Of a DNA stretch of 64,000 nucleotides, positions 1-13,298 are shown piece by piece. Positions within the stretch are counted from its first letter, which is position 1. Every line of letters begins with the position of its first letter. Source of the DNA: Lepidodermella squamata (lineage: Eukaryota > Animalia > Gastrotricha); assembly GCA_047495785.1 (NCBI GenBank), contig JBLDXI010000038.1:558001-622000 (forward strand). Direction: 5' to 3'. The notes beneath the pieces are model-generated. The model did not search any database. It saw only the letters and a list, made by a program, of their open reading frames with translations, and was not told where the DNA came from. The position numbers and the translations under genes are program-made.

Positions 1-2707
1 AAATACGATGCAAAATCAAGGCAGTATAAACTGAGCTTCGTTTTCGACTTCACCGAGGTTTCTACATATTTTCGAGACATCCTATTTTGGGCAACGCCCA
101 AGCCTGCGCCGCGAACGGAGCCAATCGAGATGACTAAACAATCTACGATTTAGTTCGCCCGAAATCATTTTCCAAGCACTTTCAAGAACTTCCGGCAAGA
201 AGAATTCACGATAGTAGAGCATACAAGGGTTTAGTTTCCAGCACTAAGGGCAATATGGACCGGCTAGGATTTTCAAGTTTTCGGAAGATATAATTGATGG
301 TGAAAAGTCGTTCTATGTCGCAGACGCCCATAACTGTAAAGCGCGCATGTATATAATGCACGTATGTCTGTAATTTTACGCTGGACTCGCCCTTTTGGGC
401 CGTCTTCCGTCGAACGGACGCAGATTTGCACGCCGAGAGACCAAGGGCCGAGGACTTTCTGGCGTCGTAGCTAAGGACGCTTAAGTCGGTAAAATAAAAT
501 TTGTATAGCAACAATTTTATTGTTTTTTTAATGTATTTTATGAAAGGTAAATAATTACGTTTCAAGACAATTTAGCGCGCAATTATGAAAAGTGGAAAGA
601 ATGAAAAATGAACTCCTTAACTGTCTATTTAATTCACCGAACGCGGCAAACGTGACCTGCCTTATCTCCAACGGTCGGTGGCTCGGGGACGACCATCGAT
701 ACCTGATGTTCGTTGTAGTGCCGCCTGGTAATCTACGATCGCATCCACCTTCCCTCACAATGAGTGCGGCAGTGAAACTTTTCGGAGTGTGAAGTCGTAA
801 TTATCGTCACATCATCGTTTCCCGGTTCAGAGAATCAATCACACAGCTAGCATGAATGGCATCTGAATATTTGCCTACAAAATTGTCCTTGGATGCGATG
901 ATTGGCCATAAAAATATGGATGCGATGGCTGGCCTCTCTCAATAATGCTGCGAATTTAGAAGGGATTGTGAGCAAATTCCCCACTTGAAATGAAGAGAAC
1001 ATAATTGAAATGAATCAGACGGCTAGGAACCGATTGGCTGGAGGTTCGAAAAAGACTTGTCTGATTCAAATCATTATTGAGAATGGAGACATTAAAGGTC
1101 GGAGTCAATTAATGCTAAGAAAATACTAAAATAACAGAAAATATCTATAAGTATCAGTAAAATTTCGCATGCTTGTCATCGACTGCGAAGAACGTGCACA
1201 AACCTTACTTTGATGAAACATTTCATGTTAATATTTTAAGGAAGCGTAACATTATCAAAATGTTTTGCCGCCGAGTTCTTCATTTGTGAAATTGGCAATG
1301 TTATTTCGCTGGCTGTTTCGTTCTTCAAGGGAACTTTTCTCAATCAAACAATGTCCTCTGGCAGCATAAAACTTCTCAGCATGTTTCCATTTCCAAACAG
1401 TTGAAAGATACATGAGACGTACTATATGAAAAGATATATAGAAATGATCTCGGTAAAAAATTGAGCTATTACATAGCCCAACCCCCAAGCTACATTATTT
1501 GATTTGCTTTGGAGAAAATTCATACCCTTGCGAAAACCCTAAATTGTGAAAAATTGGTTCCACGGAACCGACAAAAAAATGCCGATTGCAACAAATTGCT
1601 GCTTAATTTGGCACCTCCACTCTGAGGTATTTAGCGAAAACATACAAAATTCACCATTTAAAATTTGCCTAATGCGCTTTTCTACACAACTTGCAATGAA
1701 AAAAGGTAAAAATCCTATTTGCATAAGAACAATCAGAGATACTGCACCTTGATCGATAAATTTCGGTGATCGCTACTCCCTAAATTGCTTTATAAATACT
1801 AGCAGCTAGTTATCAACCTTCAAGTCAGCCGTGCATTTATACCAGTTTCAACAGTTCTTGCTTTCAATTTTTCTTTTCAATTAACTTGGCATGTGCACGA
1901 AAAATTGTGAGGAGTTGTGATGATAAATGGCTGGCATGGCCTGAATTATTTACCACCTTTTATGCAGATACAAGATACCTGGCTGCCTGTCACAAATAGT
2001 CGCAAGAACGTGAACCGAAGAAAGCACGTGTGATTTTCGGCGCGCAAACAACATTTTTAGCCTGTGGCTCGAGCCTGTTATTTTTGTTTGTTAAAGAGAT
2101 TTTGGTTTGATCGAAAATGTTGGTGTATTTATGCCAGGTTCTTGTCGGCAACGTGGAACACGCCTCTGGGCATGGGCTCATCAGAGCCTATAATACCAAT
2201 TACTCGATACCTGAGCCTAGTAGATGAGAATAATAATAACACTGTCTACTTGCCATGTTTGTGGCGTGTCATTAAAAATTTATGACACCGAGCTCACGAT
2301 TAAAGAAAGCAGTCGAGGCCCCTTGCATGCGCAGCATGAGCAAAATAATTTGCAAAGCTCTAGCCGAGCGTCGTCACATACGACAATACGCGCGCCTATT
2401 ATTTACCCGCCGCGATCGAAGACACCGACTCTCTCCATCGGGTGCGATCACGCGAGTGCAGCCAGTCACGGTAGCAGCATGAAAGAAACTTCGACGCCGC
2501 TTGTCGATAATCATAGTAAAACGCTGTTGCTACTTTTTTTCGTTCATCGTACCTTTATCCCTTTGCGGCCCGCATGTATGAGCTGACTCAACAAGCTACA
2601 TTTTTCCTATATTTAGTGTGTGCGTGATTTATTTTTGTTGATATCGACACCGTTCAAACATTTTGACATGACACATGTTACTCCTCGACCGATTAACCGA
2701 AATTAAT

Positions 2708-5700
2708 ATGTCCGACGACGTGGACGACGTTGTTATCCCGGCCGCCCTTCTAAACAATGAGCCGCACGCTCCAATTGTTTACGAAGATCGAATTCGAATT
2801 TCTAGATCAAAGTTCGAATCACTTTTCGGTTGGAAAACACAAGCTGGTAACAAATGCAGCCCGCAAGTTTTAAGCGTGAAATGCCGACTTATTCTTTTAT
2901 AGATATGAGCCAGTGTGAAGAGGAATTATGCGATGTCGAAGCATCGACGAGCGAGCGTGGCGGCGAAATTCAAAGCCCCGATCTCGACGGCGCTGTAATG
3001 CCAAGCTGCATCTGTGAGGTTGATGTTTAAAAATGTCTGTGAATATTTTTTAATTTTTTCCAAATTATTAGATCATGCGAGAGAATCGCGTTACAGTCGT
3101 CCCTAGTTTTCGGCGTGGCATTAGTGGTGCTGTTCAGCCGCCAGTCGATTGCATCTCGACATCGAGCGACAACAGCCAACAGCCAAGCAAAAACAAACGA
3201 GGTAATAAATTAAGCCGGGTAATAACGGGCGATAAGCCGCTGTTGAGTGACTTTAATCCCCCTATCATCTGGCCAGGTCGCGCATCGCTCCGCGCGCGCA
3301 TGCCTTGGTGCGTTGCGTGACCGGGTCAGCGATATTTTCCGCTTCCGGATATGACAGCATAGTGCCAATTTCGACGCTTTTAATCTCTAATCAGACAACA
3401 CTTGTCTTCCGCTATTTGGCACCTGGCAGGCATGCCCCTTCCGTTGGTATTTATAAGCTTTTAACACCTAGGTTTCGATTCATTCAATAGCGAAATCAGT
3501 CAATATTAAATTGTAGCAAACTCATTGAATTTGAATGTCTACATTATCGTCAACCGCTTCAAACCCTGGCTTTGCGAATTGCCTAAATGGTTAATATTTC
3601 AGTTTGATAACTTATGTCTCCAGTATTAATTAACACTTCGTTTAATTTATTCAGATTACGTTCTTCGAATTTTCGGCGAGAACGAAAACGACGTCGCCGC
3701 GGCCAAGTTCAAGATTCAAAGCGCAGTACATCAAGTCGCTGTCATGGGCTCGACCGCCAATCAAGGCGATGGTTCCCCAGATTCCAATGCTGCCATGCCG
3801 ATTTCGGGTGTTCCGCGCCCTTTTGCATTCGGTTCGAACAGCTCCTCGTCGCTGACTACCGCCGACTCGGCTCGTAACAACCAATGGTGGTCCAACGTCA
3901 CTGATCGCTTGACCCTTCGCATCGACGTCGACTACACTGTTCATTCCCATCTGATTGGCCGCAACGGCGGCAATATTGCCAGGTAAACTTTTTCAATTAC
4001 CGATTTATTTTCCTTTCATCTTTAACCGCATTACGACACGTACAAAAATTAATCACTGAATATAACCGAATCTAAATTAATTTTTATTTCATTTTACAGT
4101 GTCATGCGCGCCACGCAGACGCACATCCACTTTCCCGACTCAAACAAGCAGTCGCGAAACAATACGAACAACGGCAGCCGATCAGCCTCGCCATCGCTTT
4201 CCTCCGGCTTCTCTTCGACGCCGCTCGTCAAGAACAACTACGTCACCGTTTCTGGCCCTTCGGTCGAGCAAATTGAAGAGGCTCGTCAGTATATCCGCCG
4301 TCTTGCGCCGCTGCGCCTCGCCATTCCTTTCAGCACTCTGCAAGTTCCGTTGTCGCTCACCGGGCAAGTATTCGTTCCAGCGCGGCTCGCCGCCGCCAGT
4401 CGTCGCGTCATGCAAGAGTACGCCGACCGCGGCCTGACCGCAGCCATGCGCTCAGACTCGCTCGTCGTGTCTGGTACTGTCAGTACGGCCGACCTGGTCA
4501 TCGCGGCGACTCAGCAAATCTGCATCGAAGTTTACGAGTGTCTCGTACCTGTCTCGCTCAGCCTCGATGTCACGCCTCGCGACATGGCCTTCGTCCGCGG
4601 CCCGGGCGATTGCTACACCCGAAAGATCGAACACGCTACTGGCTGCCAGTTTTTATTCCCAGTGCCGGGCCACGACGAGGCGCGAAACGCCGATGGTCGC
4701 CGGCAACCGGTCCGCATCGTCGGCTTTCCGGCAAACGCCGTTAAAGCGCGTCTTTTGCTTCAAGCCCGTTTGCCCATCCAACTGTCCTGGCCTCTTCGCA
4801 GCCAATCATCGACTGCCCACGAGTCGGACGCGGCGCTGAAGGAAATCGTTGCAACCAAGTACGACATCTTTCTCACAATGCGCGACCGAAATGCCCGTCA
4901 GAATGGCCCTAACCAAGGCCGCGACAGTGGCTCCGCTACGCCAGATCTTGTTTTCAACGGTCAGCCGAAACCGCCTCGCCCTACGAGCAGCGCGAGTACT
5001 GCCTACCACATGGTGCAGCCAAAGGTGGTTAATTTTTACAATTGTCTATTTTACTGCTAAATTTTCGCTAAATTTGTGCACTTATTCCAGCCAATATTTC
5101 AGACTTTATTATATCCTATTTTTGTTTTTTTGTCCAATAGCATGTCGTATTGAAGTCGTTCGAAGGCAACCTCGGCAACGTCTATCGCTTTTTCGCCTAC
5201 ATGCGGGAACTCACCAACCAGCCAAGTCGAACTGCGAGTCGTGTCGACGATGTCTCGCCTCCTACGCCGCCGCAATCGCCAGCCTGGTGGATGCCCATTC
5301 CATCGGACCTCAGCGACGATGAGCTATTCCAGAAGGTCGATGCGCTTGTGCACCATGGCTACATGCTGGCAGCACGAAGCAACCCGGCTGCCGCCGCCGC
5401 TGCGTCGCCCCTCGCTTTCTTGTCGACTGACCCTCTCGCCGCCTACACCGCCTTGGCGATTGCTCAGCAACAGCAGCAACAGCAACACGCCCTCTTGGCC
5501 GCCGCCATCGCCAACGGTTGGGTGCCTCAGAACTCGAATGGCCTCATCCAACAGTGTGCCAAGGCCCCGCTCGCCGTTCTTGGTCGCGGCAACGTGCTTG
5601 TCGGTCAGAATCAACTGAGCAATCACCAGCAGCACTCGGTATCGGCAGCTACCCGCGCCGTTCTATCTCAGAGAAGTAAGTTGTCGTCTTTTTACTTTAT

Positions 5701-7168
5701 TATCGATGTTGAGAATTTTTACTAATTTTTCTGTATTATTTCAGATGCCGAACAGCCTGTGCAACAGCTTAGCCCGCGCAGTCTCGACGGCGGCGCCTCG
5801 AGTCCTGAAAGCAACAGCAGTGCCAGCCTCGAGAACTACAACATTGTCATCGACGAGCGTTCGATCAACTATAGCAACGCGCGTTACCAATCCACGGCGC
5901 CGATGCAGCGCTCCGTCTCGTCTCTCTCAGGCACTATTCGCGACGTCATCCCTGAAGGCCGTCCGATAACTGCAGCGCCTCGAGTTTTCGCCCAACACAC
6001 GTCGTTCGACACCTCATCGGAAGCTGATAGGTTACTCGAGCAGTTCGCCGCATCGTTGACGCGTGCTGGTTCGGCCATGGCTGACTACCGCGAATCGAAC
6101 AACACAGACCGTGGCGCCGTCATCGTTTCGGCTGAGTCGCACAAAATCTACGAAATACCTCGCCGCCACCCTTGCGAAAAGCCGCCTGCTGATCCCATTG
6201 CCAACGGCATCTTATCTTCGATGATGGCGGCATCCAACGATCCGCAGAAGTCCAACCAGCAGCACTCTCATCAGCAGCAACACTTGCGCGTTCCAACGGC
6301 TAATAACTGCGGGCTGTTGTTCTCGTTGTCGCAGCCTGATGGCTACCTCCAGCCGAACGTTCCGGTAATTGGCGGCGCCAAGCAAGCCGCCAAATTGCAG
6401 CCTTTCGGCGTCTCATCATATGCTGTTGGCGACCACATGGCGAAGAACGCTCATCAAACTGTCTCCAGTGCTGTGAAGCCCGATCAGCTCGCCAATATGA
6501 TGAACAGTGTTGGCCATGAACTCTTCGCCAGTCGTGCCAGCTCTAACAGCCAACAAGGCCGAAGTTTTTCAACCACCGGTGGCTTTGCGTCAAAACTGCA
6601 GACGACTGAGCTGTATTACGAGCAGTTCGTTGACGGTGAGTAATTTACACCATTCTCGCCTTAATGGGACTAATTTATTTTTTTTAATTTTATAGCAATT
6701 GACGAACGACTTGGCGAAATTTTGCATCGCGCCGGCGTTGCGAAAAGCGACATTGGCAAGCTGGCGTCCCAGGAAGTCAAGTTGGAAACGTTCCTTGCCA
6801 TGAGCGAGAACGACCTGCGTGATTGCGGTATCTGGCAACTCGGCGTGCGGCGTCAACTGATGCGAATAATCGCCGAACTCAACCAGCGCCACCAGCAGCA
6901 GCTGCATGTTGAAGCCGAGAGAGAAGCCGAGCGGCCGTTGTCTGCTCGCAGCACTGGCAGCGCAGCTGATTCGCGACCAGCCGCGCAATCCGACCCTCTG
7001 CCGCTATCGTCGACCGCGAACGGGTCGAAGTCGCCGATGCCCACGACGCAACCGCCGTCGATTGACATCTCGCACCCTGTGCACCCAGCGCAGCTGCCTC
7101 CTCAAAGCCCTCCATTTTTCGCCTCTCTGAAGACCTACCGTCTCGAGTCTGAGTTCCGGCTCCTCTGA
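2708..7168 (+). CDS. BicC: Bicaudal-C homolog (KH / KH-like RNA-binding domains, low-complexity linker, C-terminal SAM domain); multi-exon
   Basis: Spliced ORF: YEDRIRISRSKFE (N-term BicC motif), DYVLRIFGENENDVAAAK, LTLRIDVDYTVHSHLIGRNGGNIAR|VMRATQTHIHFPDSN (KH with GxxG), further KH-like modules, and SAM-like LASQEVKLETFLAMSENDLRDCGIWQLGVRRQLMRII. GT-AG introns are frame-consistent where checked. An in-frame upstream ATG lies at 2675. Confidence 0.93.
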
Positions 7169-10098
7169 AGCTTCACACACATTTTCATTTCGAACTGTGC
7201 CTATACCTGTAGATAATACTGTTATGGTTTGATGGCCGGTGACAATTAACGTTATTGACTTTTTTTGCCATCATTTCTGGTCTCTTGCGTCTGCACTTGC
7301 TATTCGTTGTTGATTGTTTTTAATTTTATGATCGTTCCTAATGTTTGATTTTTTATTGCTTTTTCACCTTCTCATACAACTTTGAAAGTCTTAAATGCAG
7401 AGTACCGGACTATCTTTCATCCATGACTGTATAAATTTACCCTTTTCAACAATGAAGTTGTCATATCCATCTCTTGCGCGGTCCCTCAAAGGCCAATGAT
7501 TGATCTATACATCCATAAGCTTTTGTTCAGCCTGGCCCGGTTTTCATAATAGTCATCATAAATGATCTTTTTCAATGCGATCTCCGTTTTCTTGTACTAA
7601 TTTGCTTGATAAGATCAACGAAACACTGATTGATTAAGCCTTCTTCTATATCGACTTTGCATGAGTGAATGCTTGATTTTACCTGACCCTATCGACCAAC
7701 TGTATACAGAACGAATTAATTTCAGTTTTCGAGAATACATGTCAACTAGTCAAATTTGAAATGCGCTTTCCGATATCTGATAAACAGCAATGTATAACAA
7801 CCGACTTGAAATTGTTTGATCGATGTTTTCGGCGACTCCCTATTCGTACGGTACCATGAATTCTAGGCCTGACAGTTTGCCTCACAGCTTTTGTTCGAAC
7901 CCCGACAGACACTCTAGATGCCAGCAGAATCAGTTATGTGGAATTGAATTTGCTGATTGCCTTGTTTTGTTTTTGTGAATCCTTATTCGTCAAATAATTG
8001 AAAATAAAGCGTGCCTTGCAACACAGTGAACTTTTGTAAAGCAAATGTTAAGGTGGGTACAACATCAATCATCCTCAAAGCTGCAGTCACCAATGATTGA
8101 ACTGGTTCAAGCCGATTTAAAAAATTTAACCATTACCCTACCTGTAATTTCATGTCCCGAAAAGGTTGCATTGTGCACAATCAGACTGGCCTCTTCTTGG
8201 GCTATCCAACGGTATCTTTACCGTACCGCCTTCGATTTTGATAAGCCAAAATGATATGCCGAAGTGACCCCAATTTACGGTACTTGGCTCGGCTGGGGAA
8301 TTCAAATTGCGTAGACAAGCAAAAAAACCCTTCAGCTTGATCCAACTTGATACTTTTATTCAGCAAAAACTTCGTAAAAATTATCTCACGGCGTTTACAC
8401 GATGTGCCATGCAGCCATGAAATAGCAATTTAGCATCAAATGCAATCATAGCCGTGCGTGTGCCAACTACTACATCTTCAATCAACTAGTAGGTTAACAA
8501 ATGTCTAGCAGTTGTTATCAGTTGTCAGTCATGAAGTTGTCTTCTAAGATATACGCTTCTAAGATATGTCCTATTCGACGTCAGATGACACAAAAATTGC
8601 GCACTTCAGAGAGATATACGCTAGCAAATCTAGACTGCATGACTAACGACGGCCACAGTTCACGCGAAGGGGCAAACAATTTCGGTTAGAATTTGGCCAA
8701 GAGCCCTCTATCTGGTTACCAGAAGTAAATGACACAGGGCAAGTTCAAGTACAACACTCGCTACAATTTGCATCAACAACATGATGCGATTTTTAGACTC
8801 AAATGCAATAGTTAAAACATCGAGTGAATATCGAGGTGGGCGAAATTGCCAGCACTGATAACAACGTGTAATTCGTGCATAAGCTGTTCGATCAATTTGT
8901 ACGCAAGAGCAAGGTGGTTACACACTCACAGATACATATATTTATATATATTGGATATATCTCTTGAATAAAAACTAAAATACATGTGGGTGTAATATTA
9001 TGATAATGTAGTTTTCATTCAATTATAATAGTCAAGGCACACAGACGAGAACAGAAATTATCACACGGGTTTAATAATATGTAGGTGATGACATTTTTGA
9101 TAGAAAATTCATAAATGGTGATCACACGCACAAACAGCTTTCGACGAAACATAATTACCTGTGAGACAGAGAATAGTACCGATTGAACGACCATCGAATG
9201 GGCTACATCATTGACGCAACGAGACTAAGCGACGCGAAATGGTGTTTAGGAAGAAGCAGAACATCAAGAGATTATAGTGATTATTCATTTTTCAATGTAA
9301 TCGTTGAATTGCAGTTACCGAATAGACACGACGCAAAGACAGAGATGACGAAGGAATGATAAAGCAATGACAAAATGTTTACAACGACCTAAGCATTTAC
9401 ACCTAGTTTATCCATGAGCAAATCGAATATTTAATCCTGTTTTCGGACGATTAATAACATAGGCTCAAGCTATTGAAGCAGGAGAAAAGTTACAATCAAC
9501 TAAATCGAGTTAGGTCAATTTTTATTATCACAAAGGGCGCGTGTATACATTGAAGCCTTGCAGCAGATTGGTGTGGAGTAAGATGCAAACTTTGTGAAAA
9601 CAAACAGTTGAGTGGACTAGGACACAGCACACGGGAGATTGAGAAACCAGAAGGGTACCGGCTTGATCATTAATCACGACGCTCGACGTTTGAAGGCATC
9701 AACTTGGAAGGTATCGGCGAAACTACGCAGTTATTAAAAGATTAAATAGCCCGACTCGAGCGTGTGATCACAGCAGTAGTTGTAGTATAGGCTTCCATGC
9801 ATTCGTCTTTGCGAAACACCGTGAGAAATTTTGGTAGCAGCTCGCATCATTTACTTGCTGACGTGAATAGCAGATAGTATGTCATGATGATGATGATGTA
9901 AATAGACGTATGATAATTGTTATCCGAAACGACAGTCGGTTTCAACGAATACATTCAGAATCTTGATGAAGATGGCAATATTAGTAGAATTACTACTGTT
10001 TGCTAGTTAATTCGCGTTTTCGTTTCCACTTATCCTCATTCTCTTTGACGACATATATATTTATATTTATTATTATATTTCAGTATTCAATCAAGTTC

Positions 10099-12047
10099 TT
10101 ATTGCCTATCAAAACCGCCCGATCCACCGCCACCCCGAGGAGCGCCTGGGTAACGACGACCAGCCATTCCACCACGCATGCCGCCACGGCCGGAGTTCGC
10201 GGAGCCAGAGTTGTTCGCCTGTTGCCCACGGTAGTTGCCGCCCTGGCCACCCTGACCGCCACCGTAGAAGTTGTTCGACCGCTCACGTTCCTGCTTTCGC
10301 TCAATGTTCAGACGAGTGTGGCCTCGGAAGTCGTTGATTGGCAGACTTGCCATCATCTTGTCAACAGCATCGACATTCTCGAATGTCACAAAGGCAAAGG
10401 CTGGAGTCTGACGACCCGCCTGCTGACGACCAGGCTTGTTGACAATTTTAACATCAACAACACCGCCAAACCCTGGGGATTGAAAAGTACGTAGTTTCAT
10501 TAACAATAAACTAAAATTCAACAAACTCGTCATAAAGTCCTGCAGTTCCTCGTCCGTCACATCCTGAGGTAAGTTTCCAACGAAAACTTGCTGCTCGTTG
10601 GGATATGACGATGACCCACGGAAATTTCCGCCACGACCACCGGCACCATGACGACCTTCGGCAAAGTGGCCATCACTCTCATCGCCACCAGAAACAGAGC
10701 CGTGAGCGCTGTGTTCCGGGGATTTGTCACGATGGGCCGACTGTTTAGCTTGAGGCTTCGAAGCAGCAGGAGCTTGGCGCGTGTTAGTCGCGACGGGTGC
10801 GACGGGGCTAGTGCGACCGCCTCCAGCGACAGCAGCGAACGTCAATGGCTTATTAGATGCCGGAGGGGCGTTCGATGCAGGTGCACGCGTCTCCTGAACA
10901 TGTTCGGCAGCTTCTAAAGAGTCAAAACTTAAGTCGTAAAAATTGGAGCATAGCAACTGAATCATACTGTTGTTGACTGATTCCTTTGCGTTAGCAGGGG
11001 TCGGGGTCGGCTCTGCAACCGGCTCAGGCTCCTGAACAGGTGCAGCAGGAGACACGGCGCGCTGGGCGGCATTGCTGACGACCATACGTTCACGCTCAGA
11101 TCGTTGAGACTGGCGCTGTTTGGGCTGTTGCTCATAGGTTGTTTCAGCATGGGCTGCGCGTTGCGCAACGTTGTGGGCTTGCTGCTGAGAAAACGGGGCA
11201 GCCGGAGCTCCGTGATTCGCCTGGTGGTGTCCCGACTTCTTTTCATCGTTCTCAGGCCAAGATCCATTTCTAAATGTTCAACATAATAAATAAATAAATA
11301 AATAGAGAAGACTGAAACACTCACGCAAAGTTTTCAGCACCCGCAGATGGAACGTGATGGTCTTGCGATGGTTGAACAAAGACAGAAGAAGAACTATCCA
11401 TCGCATCATCGGCACGCTGCTTAGAAACAACGGCCTTAGGCTGAGTAGGTTCCACCTCTTCATCGCGGAAAACGTCATCCTGGAGGCGATAATCAACAAG
11501 CTGAACATAGAAATTGAAATAGAAGGCATTTCATACTTGGTAGCGGAAAATATCGTTGTTGACATAGTACGATTTAGGGCTCTGTTGAACCAACACGAAC
11601 GTTTGCACGAAACGACGCATAGGTTCACCACTGTTTCCGAGCTGGCCAATCACCTTAAATAACAAAATATCAAGTTAATATGAAAGCTGGAAGCAATCAA
11701 ACCTACTTGAATGACAAGGGCGCCATTAACACTTTCGAAGCTATCCACCTGGTGAATCTTAGCTCGGCAATCACGCAAGTTGAGTGACATTATTCTCTTG
11801 TGAATTTCAGCCTGGCCCTTGGCAACTCTTGTACTCTCTCCTGGTTGCTCCATTCCACCATGGACAAAGCTTGAATCGGTGCAATAGAACCTTAAAAATA
11901 AATAGCCATGTTTATATTCCAGAATTACAGTCATTATCATCGAAGTTACCTGTGCAAGTTCTCAGGGCACGCATTCATAACAGTATAATATTGTCTAACG
12001 AATTCTCGTCCAACGACATCAGGAGACGGTTCTTCTTCCATGACCAT
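10099..12047 (-). CDS. G3BP: Ras-GAP SH3-binding protein / Rasputin (NTF2-like domain, acidic/Pro linker, RRM, RGG tail); multi-exon
   Basis: Start [33 protein letters not shown]|[12 protein letters not shown]...[26 protein letters not shown] is the G3BP NTF2 signature. [13 protein letters not shown]...FAFVTF and C-terminal RGG repeats are present. Confidence 0.96.
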
Positions 12048-13115
12048 TATACAACCAATAACAACAACTAGAGGAAACGGCACACCTAAAATAGCCATTG
12101 CGATTGGAGGATCCAATGCCATAGATAGGGTTCAAGATTTGGCATAAGGCGGGCACGGTACCTGAGTTCGTAGCACAGTTGAGCGACACTCAAGGATAAA
12201 CGAAGATTCGCAATTAAACCCGTTTAACTGCATTTGAAGATATAGGGGATTGGGGCTAGACCGACTTAACTAAGTGTCTGAAAGCTAGAGGAGGATGATA
12301 AAGGAGGAATGGGAAATGGGATGGAAAGTTCCCCGTAAACACTCTGCTGCGCTGGGTGCCTCTACTGGATATAGGGTACAAGGTACAAGTTTAGGCCAAG
12401 ACAAGATTCAAGATCAGACGCATGGAACTCAGCCGAAATTGTAGCATTTAGCATAAGAGGTACCTCGTCTCTCGTCTCTCGTCTCTCGTCTTGGTTCTTG
12501 GTTCTTGGTTCGAAACGAAACGAAACAGAAAACAAGCAAAAACATAAACAGAAACATGAAGCAAGTTGACGCTGTATCCATGGACCCTTTGAGACTCTCT
12601 CTCTTACACAGTAGCCCCCTAACACCTTTCATTTAACAAAAAAGCAAACATAGAAAATTCAAATACACTTGCATATTTTTTATTGTTTGCATCTTTATAT
12701 TGTTCAAAATTTAAAGGTCATTTATTGACCGGAGCACGTGGTCTACATGCGCGCCGATCTGCGAAGCGTGCTCGGTATGGCAAAGCGTTGCGAGGGCTGC
12801 GGGAATCGCTCTGAGAATCGCTCAATTGTTTTGCAATGTGTCTCAAAGCTCAAAGAGCATTACGCAACGATCCAAAAATAATCGTTTGTCGACCTATTGT
12901 AATCGCCTTTCATTCAAGATTCCATGGACCATGGACCATGTACAGCATCTACGCGGTGGAAGGTTACGTCGAAGCTCAATCAAGGTAGGTGAAATTTAAT
13001 ATTGTTGGAATGAGGCGTGTCGCATAATAAAGAAGGATATGTTAGCTTACCGAGAAGCCAAGTTTGAAATTTCAAGTATTCCTTCTTTATGGGTCTCGCC
13101 TCATTAAGCTATTAA

Positions 13116-13207
13116 ATGATGAAGTCATGACATTTCAATGAGACAATTGCCTGTGATTTTAGAATTTCTTCAGCTGAAGCGATTCTAGTATCATGGTCGG
13201 AAGCTGA
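13116..13207 (+). ncRNA. Box C/D snoRNA, U36/snR47-like (28S Am, yeast A2220 equivalent), in the 5'UTR intron of the nucleolin-like gene
   Basis: C box ATGATGA 13116-13122. Guide GAATTTCTTCA 13162-13172 is complementary to conserved LSU UGAAGAAAUUC, followed by CTGA 13174-13177; the +5 rule hits the A2220-equivalent. A second CTGA at 13204-13207 and a terminal stem gct-a-ttaa / ttaa-c-agc are present. Confidence 0.8.
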
Positions 13208-13298
13208 TGTTAACAGCATTTTAACAAATTTTATTTTATTTTCAGGTCACTCGATCATCGATCGTCGATCGTCACTCAGCTATCCTGAACCCCCAATC

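Noticed and set aside
206-830. Minus-strand ORF with LSYDARK..LGL...VRR, faintly like a LINE RT C-terminus
   Set aside because: Too short and degenerate; no RT motifs visible.
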